From assembly GCA_038046765.1 (NCBI GenBank), contig JBBSVN010000016.1, positions 1-59,955 of the forward strand: a DNA stretch of 59,955 bases, read 5' to 3'. The notes under the pieces were generated by a model. That model did not search any database. It worked only from the letters and a program-made list of their open reading frames with translations, and was not told the origin of the DNA. Within the stretch, counting starts at the first letter, position 1, and each line of letters begins with the position of its first letter. The DNA comes from Candidatus Micrarchaeota archaeon. Lineage in GTDB: Archaea; Micrarchaeota; Micrarchaeia; Anstonellales; Bilamarchaeaceae. Below are positions 1 through 9,721 of this stretch, in pieces. A program made the translations under genes and the position numbers.

Positions 1-393
1 GCTCATAGCCAGCCTAAGAAAAGCATTAGGATTTAAGTACTTTCGGAAGTACTGTGCAAGTATTCTTCTTTTTATCGAAAAGGGTATAGAAACTGAATCT
101 TCATAGGGCTTATCTGGTACTTTAATATCTGAAATGAGTTTTTCTCCTTCAATGTATCCCGAGAAATTTGAATATCTTAGTTGCTCCAGTAACAAATCAA
201 AAATTCTTTGGAATTCTGATCTAAAAACAAATTTTAAAGTTAAATGTCTTAGAGGCTCAAAATGGGCGTATGTAGGTGGGTGGCCTACAAATTCTGCATC
301 TACAAATCCCAGATCTTTTAACCATTTGTCTACCCTTTCAGGTATAATCGTGCCATCGATGTGGAGGTGATACGGGAGATCTATTTTTTGCAT
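1..393 (-). CDS. Hypothetical protein, runs off the window edge (MQKIDLPYHLHIDGTIIP...)
   Basis: Stop-free minus-strand frame from ATG at 393 to position 1, with a GGTGA RBS upstream; not in the ORF track. Confidence 0.7.
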   Translation of the reverse strand, partial: MQKIDLPYHLHIDGTIIPERVDKWLKDLGFVDAEFVGHPPTYAHFEPLRHLTLKFVFRSEFQRIFDLLLEQLRYSNFSGYIEGEKLISDIKVPDKPYEDSVSIPFSIKRRILAQYFRKYLNPNAFLRLAMS

Positions 394-460
394 AAGCGAT
401 CACCTAAACTGTTTCTTTCCATGTTATCTCGTGTGGGTCTTAGTATTTATCCTTTATCTT

Positions 461-472
461 CCCCCAAGGGGG
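461..472. promoter_or_regulatory. GC palindrome CCCCC-AA-GGGGG between divergent promoters; candidate operator
   Basis: 5-bp inverted repeat in an AT-rich spacer between TATA-like boxes at ~443-450 (-) and ~489-496 (+), next to a TrmB-family gene. Confidence 0.35.
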
Positions 473-517
473 TCGTAGTAGCATAAAGTTAATAAAGAGA
501 ATTGACCTATTTTGTCT

Positions 518-1273
518 ATGGATAGCTTAAAAGTTCTTGAAAACATTGGTCTAACTTCTGGAGAAGTACGCGTTTACTTAGCCTTACTTAAACTTGGTTC
601 AGTTACTACTGGTTCGATCTCTTCGGCAGCCAAGGTTTCAAGTTCTAAGGTATATAAAATCTTAGATCGGCTGGAGAAAAAAGGACTTGTAGGGCATGTT
701 CTAAAAGGAGAAATAAAATATTTTAGTGCAAATAAACCAAGAAGAATATTGGATTATATAGAAGAGAAGCAGACCGAACTGGCATCGCAAAAGACAAAAA
801 TAGAAGCACTTCTACCAGAACTTGAAAAACAGCAGGAATTATCCGAATCAAAGAGTGAAGCAATTATTTATGAGGGATTTAAAGGTTGTACAAATTTCTT
901 TAGAAACATCATTGAAGAACTAAAAGCTGGAGAAACTTATTATGTAATTGGAGCTGGTTACGGAGAAGATGTTAAGGGGCTACGGGATTTTTTCTATAAA
1001 CATCATCAAAGAAGAACGGATAAAAAAATAAACGTAAAAATGCTGGTAAATTTTGATATTAAAAAAACATTAGTAAAAACAACAGCAAACAATTCAGAAA
1101 TAAAATTTTTACCTCAATACTTAATTACAAACATGGAAATAGTTTTTTACAAGAACAAGGCGTTTATTGTACTTTGGACAAAAGAACCAAAAGGCTTTCT
1201 TATTGAAAACGAAGAAGCAGTAAAAAGTTTTAAGGCATATTTTGATACTCTTTGGAAGATTGCTAAAAAATAA
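518..1273 (+). CDS. TrmB-family transcriptional regulator
   Basis: N-terminal HTH LENIGLTSGEVRVYLALL...SKVYKILDRLEKKGLV, coiled coil, C-terminal effector domain. Confidence 0.9.
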   Translation: MDSLKVLENIGLTSGEVRVYLALLKLGSVTTGSISSAAKVSSSKVYKILDRLEKKGLVGHVLKGEIKYFSANKPRRILDYIEEKQTELASQKTKIEALLPELEKQQELSESKSEAIIYEGFKGCTNFFRNIIEELKAGETYYVIGAGYGEDVKGLRDFFYKHHQRRTDKKINVKMLVNFDIKKTLVKTTANNSEIKFLPQYLITNMEIVFYKNKAFIVLWTKEPKGFLIENEEAVKSFKAYFDTLWKIAKK

Positions 1274-2026
1274 TTAAAATTCACAACCCTCCTTCTTTCT
1301 CATGTTTATGCAGAAGTTTTGCCCATCTTTCTTAAAGAAAAGGAGACTTGACTTTGAACAAAGAATTTCTCCATCAATACTGTTTGCTACTGCGAAATCC
1401 TTCGGAGTGTTGTAATCAATCTTTTGGATGTTTTTTGAGTGAACAATGCTAGAGAAATCCTCGGTTTCACAGACTTTTGCAACTGCGTCTTCTAGTTTCT
1501 CGCTACTAAAGTTTCCTGCTAGTGCAATCTTTAATTTAGTATCAACCCTAACCGCGTTCTTAAAATTAAAACTATTCTGCAAATTATTTTCTGTGTCATA
1601 AGCAGTTTCTGCATTATCAAATCGCATTAATTCAATAAAATAATCGGCTCCCTGTTCCATCGTTCTTGTTTGGACACGCTCTGTTCTAGTTACTCCGCAT
1701 TTAATTATTGAATCACCAAAAGAAGCTAAATAAATGCTAAAATTTTCTTTAGAAACCTCTTCTTTAATGTGTTCATAACCTGTAAAATCTAACCGGGTAT
1801 AAACTTTTGAAATATCCTTAAACGCGCAGGGATAACACTGTTTTTTTGATTCGCTATGATATGGACACTTAAAATATTTTTCTTCGGTTTTATATCCGAT
1901 GCACTTACGTTCAGGACTAAAATTAAAGTTTATTTCTCCAATCAAATCTTCTTCTATAAATTCATGATCTAGCCAATATTGTATCTTAGGTTTTGGACTT
2001 GAATAGAAATAGATTAAATGATTCAT
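1274..2026 (-). CDS. DUF2797-family protein
   Basis: CIG...CP...QCYPC Zn motif plus IYLASFG..IKCGVTR..R...EQGA motif. Confidence 0.75.
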   Translation of the reverse strand: MNHLIYFYSSPKPKIQYWLDHEFIEEDLIGEINFNFSPERKCIGYKTEEKYFKCPYHSESKKQCYPCAFKDISKVYTRLDFTGYEHIKEEVSKENFSIYLASFGDSIIKCGVTRTERVQTRTMEQGADYFIELMRFDNAETAYDTENNLQNSFNFKNAVRVDTKLKIALAGNFSSEKLEDAVAKVCETEDFSSIVHSKNIQKIDYNTPKDFAVANSIDGEILCSKSSLLFFKKDGQNFCINMRKKEGCEF

Positions 2027-2066
2027 ATTTAGTTTAGAAGAAAAAAGTTTAAATTAAGATACAAAA

Positions 2067-4637
2067 TTAAGGATTATTTCCAGCTGCGTTACCGGAACCA
2101 CTTCCGCCAGAACCACCCGTTCCCGTTGGCCTTGGTGCGGGCGGTAATTTGCTAGCTTTTTGAATAAGTGTTGAATCCAAACACGCGGAGTTTGAACATT
2201 TATCAATTAAACTTCTGTATCTTTTTAGTACATCAAAGCCGTAGTCCTCTTTTTCTGGGGTGTTAGGTGCAATACAATCACTATAATATTTAATAAAATC
2301 TTGAATTCCACCTACACCACAAATACCAATATTCCATTTATCGCTTTTTAGTACCCAGTTACCGTTACCATCTTGTTGACAGTAGTTTGTGTTTTGGGTA
2401 CTTGCGCAATTATCTTTTTGATCTTTAAATTCTTGAACGTAACTAAGAACATCACTAATATCTCCATAATACCTGTGTAATCCAAAGTAAACTGCATAAA
2501 TTCTTTGCTCTTCTGGGTTGCTTGCAAGACTAGGATTTCGGTCTAAATCTAATGTCTTTCCTAGTTTTATATTCGCTTCCAATAACTTAGAACCAAAGCA
2601 AATATTTTGTGAAGAATTAAATGGATTAAACGTTTGTCCAACTGGTGTGCATTCATTTGCCCAACTCGCTAGTTCATTCGCAAGCGGTGTTTGGTATCCG
2701 TATGGATTGTATATAAGTTGCATTAAACCATATGCGCACATTTTATCAGTTTGTGAATTCCCTTGTCGCCCTTTGATTTGTAATACTTCCTCTATGCTCA
2801 TACTCCCATCAGCTGCTGCGATACAATAATTTGTTTGGTACTCTTTGATTTGTGTAACATCTGTTGCTAAACCTGTGTTTATTGGGTTTATTGAGTTAGT
2901 GTTGCATGTTTTTTTTATGCGTTCAATTCTGCTTGTAGCGCAAGGGTCAAAAGCACTTTCATGTGATATTATTGCTCGAACCAGCATCGGATCATTACTA
3001 CTTCCTTCAACTTCTGGATAAGCTGTACATGCGCTTGCAATGTTTGGTGCATTAAATTCAGATGGGTTTTTGATGCCACTTTGCAATGCCCATATATAAT
3101 TAGTAGCAGTTTGCCCAGGTAATCCATTTCTGGAGTCTACAGTACAAGATGCACACGCTAGTGCAAAATCTTTTGGCTTAAACGAGTCTTTAAGTTCTGG
3201 TGAGCCAGCGTAATTCTCGTTATACTTCTTTGTAAACCAGCTTCCAATTTCAGTTTCCCAACAGACTGCCCTGTCTTCAGATTGTATTATATTCATTCTT
3301 GTCATTGCGGGGTTACTTTCTAAATCATTAACATAACTTGTGCACCAGTCAAAAAATGCGTGCGTTCTAAGATTGTTTAATCCGATTTGGCAGTTTTTAC
3401 AATTAAGCGGATTATAAGAAGTATTTGAAAATGAATATGGTGCTGCTCCAATTACCCCGCTACTTGCTAAATCTTCAAGACTAGAAAAGAACGCAACGTA
3501 TGGGTTTGTTATTTCCTGTAATGATTTCGTTGTCGAATCATCTATAATTTGTTGATTCCAGAAACATCCTCCAGCAGTCGGGTTACTGCTTGTAGCGTCT
3601 TCAGGCTCAAATAGCATGTAAGGAATTATACTTTGTTTTTTGTATTTAAACCAAATTTGTTGTGCAAAACTAGATGCGTCACCAAATATTGCTGATGGTT
3701 TGCACCTTCCCATATATGTCTTACTGTTTATTCCAAAAGCTACTAAATCGGTCGCGTCTTTGGTTGCCTGATCTGAGAATATTTCATCGACGATTGTTAA
3801 ATCTGTTTCGCCATTTGGACCTGGTTTTGTGCTATCATATTTCATTTGGGTTCCAAGAGCGATTAAACAATTTGGACAAATCGCTTTCATTTGTTTAATC
3901 TGACTTTGTATGTCGCTTACTGCGTTTGGTGCAACTGTTTTATCTAATTCGATTTCAGTAACAATTATCGCTGGTCCAGAATCTTTTAGTGAATCCGCGA
4001 TTGCAATTGCCCGAGTATTGTCAATCTTTTTACTCGCACTATATAAAATATATACTGGGGTAATTTTTCTATCTAGACAAGAAGATGCCACGCTTGCATC
4101 TGGCATCGGATAAGAATCCGCGTAATTATCTGCTGGGTCACCAGTTAGCCATTTTACAGCCATAGTCATTCTATTTTCACAATATGGATTTGCTAAATTA
4201 AGTTCACCTAAGCTAGGTCCGATTCCTATCATAAACTGTCTTGGGGTTTCTTTGTTCGCTATAAGTTGACTGAAAAAAGCATCGTAAGTTGTCTTCTGCG
4301 GATCGTATTGCCTTTCAACACAATTGCTTGTTTTTAAACCAGAATCAAATGGGCATCTTAACCAATTCTTTGGATCTGGATCTCCACCTGTTGGCCAAAA
4401 GTTACAAAGTGGGTTTACCTTGTCTTTGCATACTATTACTGTACAAGCCGGAACGTTTGATGGAACGTAATCCTTGAATGTATCAATTGCCTGGCCTTTA
4501 GTATATGCTCCGTTTGGACCAAGGTAGCTATTTGTATACGCTCTATTAAATGAATTTAATTGGCCGCTGCAACCAAAGAGTAAAATTACTGCTAAAAAGG
4601 AAAATAGGATAAGTGATCTGTTTAACGAAATTTTCAT
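2067..4637 (-). CDS. Large Cys-rich putative lipoprotein with C-terminal lytic transglycosylase (SLT)-like domain
   Basis: Signal peptide with lipobox LLFGC; motifs LVRAIISHES, AYGLMQL, NPFNSSQNICFG, HRYYG. Confidence 0.7.
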   Translation of the reverse strand: MKISLNRSLILFSFLAVILLFGCSGQLNSFNRAYTNSYLGPNGAYTKGQAIDTFKDYVPSNVPACTVIVCKDKVNPLCNFWPTGGDPDPKNWLRCPFDSGLKTSNCVERQYDPQKTTYDAFFSQLIANKETPRQFMIGIGPSLGELNLANPYCENRMTMAVKWLTGDPADNYADSYPMPDASVASSCLDRKITPVYILYSASKKIDNTRAIAIADSLKDSGPAIIVTEIELDKTVAPNAVSDIQSQIKQMKAICPNCLIALGTQMKYDSTKPGPNGETDLTIVDEIFSDQATKDATDLVAFGINSKTYMGRCKPSAIFGDASSFAQQIWFKYKKQSIIPYMLFEPEDATSSNPTAGGCFWNQQIIDDSTTKSLQEITNPYVAFFSSLEDLASSGVIGAAPYSFSNTSYNPLNCKNCQIGLNNLRTHAFFDWCTSYVNDLESNPAMTRMNIIQSEDRAVCWETEIGSWFTKKYNENYAGSPELKDSFKPKDFALACASCTVDSRNGLPGQTATNYIWALQSGIKNPSEFNAPNIASACTAYPEVEGSSNDPMLVRAIISHESAFDPCATSRIERIKKTCNTNSINPINTGLATDVTQIKEYQTNYCIAAADGSMSIEEVLQIKGRQGNSQTDKMCAYGLMQLIYNPYGYQTPLANELASWANECTPVGQTFNPFNSSQNICFGSKLLEANIKLGKTLDLDRNPSLASNPEEQRIYAVYFGLHRYYGDISDVLSYVQEFKDQKDNCASTQNTNYCQQDGNGNWVLKSDKWNIGICGVGGIQDFIKYYSDCIAPNTPEKEDYGFDVLKRYRSLIDKCSNSACLDSTLIQKASKLPPAPRPTGTGGSGGSGSGNAAGNNP

Positions 4638-4861
4638 CCTTGTATCACCATAAATAATATATATATACTATTCATATTCTTAGATATTTATTAATACTCT
4701 CCTAGAAATATAATTAAGTCTTAGTTAATAAGAGAAACCACGAATTACTGTTGCATATTGAAATAAGAAATTAATTTGTCAATATGCAACCGCAAGCCCG
4801 TATATTCGAATTATATTTGGATAGGGCGGATAACTTGCATATGTTTCAAAGAGGTCAAGTC

Positions 4862-5992
4862 ATGAAAATTGCGATTTTTAGTGATACGCATCTTGGTTAT
4901 GCCCGATTCGAAAAAGATAGCCTAGATCAAGCTGAGCGAGTAGTTGAAAGCGCAAATAAAACTGCTGATCTGATTATTCATGCTGGAGACGTTTTTGACA
5001 TCAAGAATCCAAAACTTGAAACTATTGATCGTGCAATTCACATTTTTAAGAAAGCTGATAAAAAAATAATCACAATCCATGGGAATCATGAACGACGCGC
5101 AAAAGACATGGTGAATCCTGCCCAAATACTACATTCTGCATCTGTTTTGCATTATATCCATAACAGCTGCGAAATTATCGAACTAAACGGAGAGAAACTG
5201 CAATTATTTGGACTTGGGAATGTGCCTGATGAATACGCGGATTTAGCTCTAAGAAAGGCATTAGAGAACTTTATTCCGATGCCAGACGCATTTAAAATTT
5301 TGATAATTCACCAGTCAATAAAAGAACTCTTAGTAAATAGCGAGCACGAACTATCTTTGGATTACCTTGAATCTTTGCCGTTTGACCTAATCGTAAATGG
5401 TCACATTCATCAAAAAATAATAAAACTAAATGGCCGGTTCATAATACCTGGAAGCACGGTAATAACTCAGCTAAAAAAGGAAGAAACTGCGCCACGAGGT
5501 TATATTCTATACGATACAAAAACAAAAACGCATGATTTTGTTGAAGTAGAATGTAGGAAATTTGTAATGGAAGAACTGGTATTTGACCAAGCTAGCGCAA
5601 TAGATATATTAAATGCAGTAGAAAAAAGAATCTCTGAAATTCGATCTACTGATGAAAATTGCATTATCAGGTTTAAAGTTCAGGGAACAACTAAGGAAAC
5701 TAATCAATCAGTCTCCCTAAATGAAATCTCAAACGAATCTACATATATTGATAATGAACTTAATTCTTCTGGTCTAGCAGAAAAAATGAAACAAATAAGG
5801 CAGATAAAAGATGACAAATTATCTGTTCGAGAGTTAGCTGTAAGTCAAATTGAAGAAAAAACAAAAGATAAGGTTAGTTTGTTTAATTCCCGTGATATTT
5901 TCGACAAATTACTTTGCGAACAGGAAGATGTTTTAACTTATTTAAAAGAAATGCGGGATAAATCGGAAGCAATTCCTAAATCTGCCAATTAA
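4862..5992 (+). CDS. mre11: Mre11/SbcD-family DNA repair nuclease
   Basis: SDTHLG, GDVFD, HGNHE, IHQ and NGHIH phosphoesterase motifs; likely start MKIAIFSD. Confidence 0.85.
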   Translation: MKIAIFSDTHLGYARFEKDSLDQAERVVESANKTADLIIHAGDVFDIKNPKLETIDRAIHIFKKADKKIITIHGNHERRAKDMVNPAQILHSASVLHYIHNSCEIIELNGEKLQLFGLGNVPDEYADLALRKALENFIPMPDAFKILIIHQSIKELLVNSEHELSLDYLESLPFDLIVNGHIHQKIIKLNGRFIIPGSTVITQLKKEETAPRGYILYDTKTKTHDFVEVECRKFVMEELVFDQASAIDILNAVEKRISEIRSTDENCIIRFKVQGTTKETNQSVSLNEISNESTYIDNELNSSGLAEKMKQIRQIKDDKLSVRELAVSQIEEKTKDKVSLFNSRDIFDKLLCEQEDVLTYLKEMRDKSEAIPKSAN

Positions 5993-6064
5993 TAAACTAT
6001 TAAAAAACCATTTACGTATATTTATTTTTCTAGTTAAATTTATTTATAACTAGTTTATACTAAT

Positions 6065-6258
6065 GCAGGGATGACAGAGCCCGGTCAAATGTGTAGCCCT
6101 TAGGAGGCTATGGCTTAGTGCCTGCGCAAGTTCAATCCCATTACTTTTGACTTTTGTCCATCTTGTGGCAAAAGTAAAGGGTTTGGTCAAAAGCCTTTAG
6201 GCCAATCTTCAAAACGCTAAACGCGTAACTGAAGACTGAACAAATCCTGCTCCCTGCA
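6065..6258 (+). tRNA. tRNA-Leu(TAG) with ~108-nt insertion (intron) in the T-loop
   Basis: Acceptor GCAGGGA/TCCCTGC+A, D-stem ACA/TGT, anticodon stem TAGCC/GGCTA with TAG at 6101-6103, long variable arm; GTTCAA...ATCC split by 6136-6243. Confidence 0.85.
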
Positions 6259-6275
6259 TATTTATTTTAATCTAA

Positions 6276-8123
6276 TTATTTCTCCCTCCAAAACTCTTCC
6301 ACATACTTTTCAGGCTGGTAAGTTACAATAAAAGTTCCATTATCTCCAAGAATTTGATTATAATTTTTCCATTTAAATCGCTCGTCCATATAAACTATCG
6401 CAGCCCGATCAGTCTCCTTTCTTATCGCGCGTCCTGCTGCCTGAATTGCTTTTGTTACAGCTGGATAAGTATATCCATATTCCCATCCTTTGCCAAATTT
6501 TTCATCGTAAAAATCTATTCGTGCCTGTGTCTCAAGGTCAGGCTCTTCTAGTGCAATTCCAAGAACAATTACTGTTTTTATATCGTTGTTTGCGTAATCT
6601 ACTCCTTCAGATAAACTTCCGCCTTGGACTGCGCAAAGTACGCCGCGATAATTTGAAAAATCGCGTAACATTTCTCCAATTTCCTTGGGGGTGGAGCTTT
6701 CTTTTTGTATTATCAAATTCTCGTTTTTCATAAGTAACGTAACTGTTTTCATTACCGAGTAAGATGGGAAAAATATTGCAACCCCAGGTGGGCTGGCAGC
6801 AATTATTTTATCTATTTTTTCAGACATTTTCTTATAATTTTCAATTGTCCTTTTTGCATACTGGGTAGTAACACCATCATAAATAATATTTAATTTATTT
6901 TTCTTCTCAAAAGGAGATAAATAATTTTTCATAATAACTTTGTCATTATTTAGTCCAAGTATGTCCCTATGCATCTCTAATGGTAAAAAAGTTCCGCTCA
7001 TCAGTATTGCAGAATGCGCTTCATTTAACATTTGAGTTGCCTGACTAGGGTCTAGAAATTTCTTTGATAAAGAAAAATATCCTCCCCGCTCTCTAAGTAC
7101 TCTTATTGAAGAAGGCTCATCAAGCTGCCAGTTTTTTATAAATTTCGCAATTCGTAAACATGCGCTTTTTTTATTCGTTTTCTCTATTATTTCAACTCCC
7201 GCGCTTTCAATATAATCAGCTAAGTCATTTGGCTGCATTTTAAATTCATCAAAAAAAGATCCAAATTCTGCTTTTGACACTAGTTTCTCTCTTTTTTCTT
7301 TTAAAATCCCATTCGACCATTTTGCAAATGCTCTTTCGATTCTTATGTTGTCTGCCCCAAGAAGTTTAAGTTCCTTCTCCGCCCGTTTTAATAAAAATGA
7401 ATTAGCTGTACTAGAAAGTTGATCGCGTATTCTTTTAGCTAAATTGTGTGCTTCATCTACGATTATAATTGAGCGGTCAAGCTTTTTGTTTATTTTTCTT
7501 AAAAATAATTCCCGTATTCCTGGAACCATAACATGAAAATAATCTGCAATAATAACTCTTGAATTTTGTGCAAGCTTTAACATATATTCATAAGGACAAA
7601 GCATCTCCGTTTCTCCGTATTCTATTACCTGTTCGTGATTTTTTATTCCTTCATAATTATCCAAAAATTTTCTGAATTTATTTTCTGCCTTTACTTCTTG
7701 TATTTTGCTGTATCCTCTTGCATTTCCATAAAAAGAACAGGTCTCATCCCTTCTTTTTCTTTGGCATGCCTGATAAAAACCCTCATGATCTAAATCCTTT
7801 AAACTCTGTTCAATACAGGAGTATCTTCGGCCAAGCATGTCGACTCCGCATATTTTAGTCTCATATTTTTTTGCAATCCCCTTTACTACTTCAACCGCTA
7901 TCTTGTGTTGTGATATCTTCGGGGTTAAGAAAAAAACTGCAAGGTCATTTTTAACTGCGTAAGTTAAGGCTGCGCCAAGCACTGCATCGCTTTTACCTAT
8001 ACCAGTTGGAGCTTGTGCTAAAAGTATTTTTCCATTTTCTATTGCGTTATAAGTATCTTTTACTAAGTCAAGCTGGTGGTTACGTATTCTATCGTGCCTA
8101 AAATACATTTCTTCTAGTTCCAT
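6276..8123 (-). CDS. XPD/Rad3/DinG-family Fe-S DNA helicase
   Basis: APTGIGKS Walker A, four Cys, DEAH box, QAAGRAIR motif VI. Confidence 0.9.
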   Translation of the reverse strand: MELEEMYFRHDRIRNHQLDLVKDTYNAIENGKILLAQAPTGIGKSDAVLGAALTYAVKNDLAVFFLTPKISQHKIAVEVVKGIAKKYETKICGVDMLGRRYSCIEQSLKDLDHEGFYQACQRKRRDETCSFYGNARGYSKIQEVKAENKFRKFLDNYEGIKNHEQVIEYGETEMLCPYEYMLKLAQNSRVIIADYFHVMVPGIRELFLRKINKKLDRSIIIVDEAHNLAKRIRDQLSSTANSFLLKRAEKELKLLGADNIRIERAFAKWSNGILKEKREKLVSKAEFGSFFDEFKMQPNDLADYIESAGVEIIEKTNKKSACLRIAKFIKNWQLDEPSSIRVLRERGGYFSLSKKFLDPSQATQMLNEAHSAILMSGTFLPLEMHRDILGLNNDKVIMKNYLSPFEKKNKLNIIYDGVTTQYAKRTIENYKKMSEKIDKIIAASPPGVAIFFPSYSVMKTVTLLMKNENLIIQKESSTPKEIGEMLRDFSNYRGVLCAVQGGSLSEGVDYANNDIKTVIVLGIALEEPDLETQARIDFYDEKFGKGWEYGYTYPAVTKAIQAAGRAIRKETDRAAIVYMDERFKWKNYNQILGDNGTFIVTYQPEKYVEEFWREK

Positions 8124-8157
8124 ATATAATATAAATAACATCAATCGAATATTAACC

Positions 8158-8928
8158 ATGCGCTTTCTTCATGGATACCCGGCAATTCTTCATCAAGGCG
8201 CTCTAATAATTGGAGATACTCATTTTGGAATTGAACGCAAGTTACAAAAAAAAGGTATATACTATAATAATCTGAGCGAGACTATTTTCGAAAAAATAAA
8301 ACTGCTTTTAAAAAAAACAAACGCAAAAAAATTAATAATTTTAGGTGATGTAAAAGACGAAATTTCATTTGTTGATTCAGTTACAAAAAACATTCTACTT
8401 GAGTTAGAAAAAATTTGCGAGCTAACGATTGTTCGCGGTAATCACGACGGCGGAATTGAAATGATCTGCAAAAATGTCATGCCGAGCGAAGGTTATATCT
8501 ATAAAGGTCTTGGCCTTCTACACGGTAATGCTTGGCCAGATAAAAATCTGATGGAATGCAATTATATTGTAGTCGCCCATGAACATCCTATAATTAAATT
8601 AGTTGATCGATTAGAGAAAATACACTTTAAAGAAACTTGGATTGTTTGCAAAATAAACCAAGATACTGCAAAAAACCAATATAAAAAGTACAATAAAAAA
8701 ATAAAATTAATTGTAATGCCCGCGTTTAATTCTCTCGTAGGATCTGCTAAAAATATTCGTGCAAAAGAGCACTTGGGACCGTTACTTAAGAATAATATTT
8801 TTGATGTTGACAACGCAGAAATCTATAATCTTGATGGAAATCTGCTTGGGGTAGTACATGATTTTATTTCTCCAGACACCACCCAATTCCATCATTTACG
8901 TCGTAAAAATGAAAAGCTATTTAAATAA
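8158..8928 (+). CDS. Calcineurin-like metallophosphoesterase
   Basis: GDTHFG, LGDVK, GNHDG, HG, AHEHP and MPAFN motifs. Confidence 0.85.
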   Translation: MRFLHGYPAILHQGALIIGDTHFGIERKLQKKGIYYNNLSETIFEKIKLLLKKTNAKKLIILGDVKDEISFVDSVTKNILLELEKICELTIVRGNHDGGIEMICKNVMPSEGYIYKGLGLLHGNAWPDKNLMECNYIVVAHEHPIIKLVDRLEKIHFKETWIVCKINQDTAKNQYKKYNKKIKLIVMPAFNSLVGSAKNIRAKEHLGPLLKNNIFDVDNAEIYNLDGNLLGVVHDFISPDTTQFHHLRRKNEKLFK

Positions 8929-9046
8929 AATCGCGTATATCTCTATACGTTTGAATTTAGACTGTCCTTCATTGGATTTTCTAATTTGTCAAAATCGATG
9001 TTTGTTTTGACATTTTCAAAATGTTTTTTGAACGTAGGTGCTTGTA

Positions 9047-9292
9047 ATGGGAACTAGTAGAGGAAGAGAAAGACTGGAAAATTGTGCATCTTGCGGAAGA
9101 CGAATCCCGCGCGATAAAGCAATATCTTTTAGTAAGAGGAATTTCTTTAGCACTGATTTAAAAAATGCGGATAATATATCGTTGTCCAGCGTAACTGATG
9201 TTTATTATTGTATAAGCTGTGCAAAACACAGGGGCATCTTCGAAAAGAAGAAACGTATGGCCCAAAAAAGGCGTGAATCCGGGGCGGTTTAA
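9047..9292 (+). CDS. rps26e: 30S ribosomal protein S26e
   Basis: RGRE...CASCGRRIPRDKAI...YYCISCAKHRGI. Confidence 0.95.
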   Translation: MGTSRGRERLENCASCGRRIPRDKAISFSKRNFFSTDLKNADNISLSSVTDVYYCISCAKHRGIFEKKKRMAQKRRESGAV

Positions 9293-9293
9293 C

Positions 9294-9590
9294 ATGGAAG
9301 AAGTAAGTTGTGAGGGAAAAACATACGCAGTTTTTCGTCATGATTTAGGTAACCTTCCAATGATTGTTGTTAAAGCCAAACACGGTTATGTCGCTTGCAG
9401 TTATGTTGACAAGGCCACTGCTGAAAAAGTAGGGGACATTGCAGCATTTGTTTCTGGTGTAAAATCCATTGACGACCTAATGAAAGCAAAAATACGCGAA
9501 ACAACAACCTGGGCAGAAGACCTGGGCATAAGGGAAGGCATGAGTGTAAAAAAAGCGCTTGAACTTATGGACACGACTATTAAACAATAA
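9294..9590 (+). CDS. YunC/DUF1805-family protein
   Basis: GYVACSY...AAFVSGVKSIDDLMKAKI...LGIREGM; likely start ATG 9294. Confidence 0.8.
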   Translation: MEEVSCEGKTYAVFRHDLGNLPMIVVKAKHGYVACSYVDKATAEKVGDIAAFVSGVKSIDDLMKAKIRETTTWAEDLGIREGMSVKKALELMDTTIKQ

Positions 9591-9721
9591 TTTTTATTTT
9601 TTCTTTTTATTTTATTATTTATTTGTTTTACTAATATCCTTCTTCTAGGTTTTATTATTTTCCAATCAGATTAAAAATCTTAAATGCTAATTATGTTTAA
9701 CTTAGTTTTTAGGTAGATCTT

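Noticed and set aside
4862..5992. mre11 without adjacent rad50/herA/nurA as a novel system
   Set aside because: Operon break-up is common in reduced archaeal genomes, and the partners may lie outside the window
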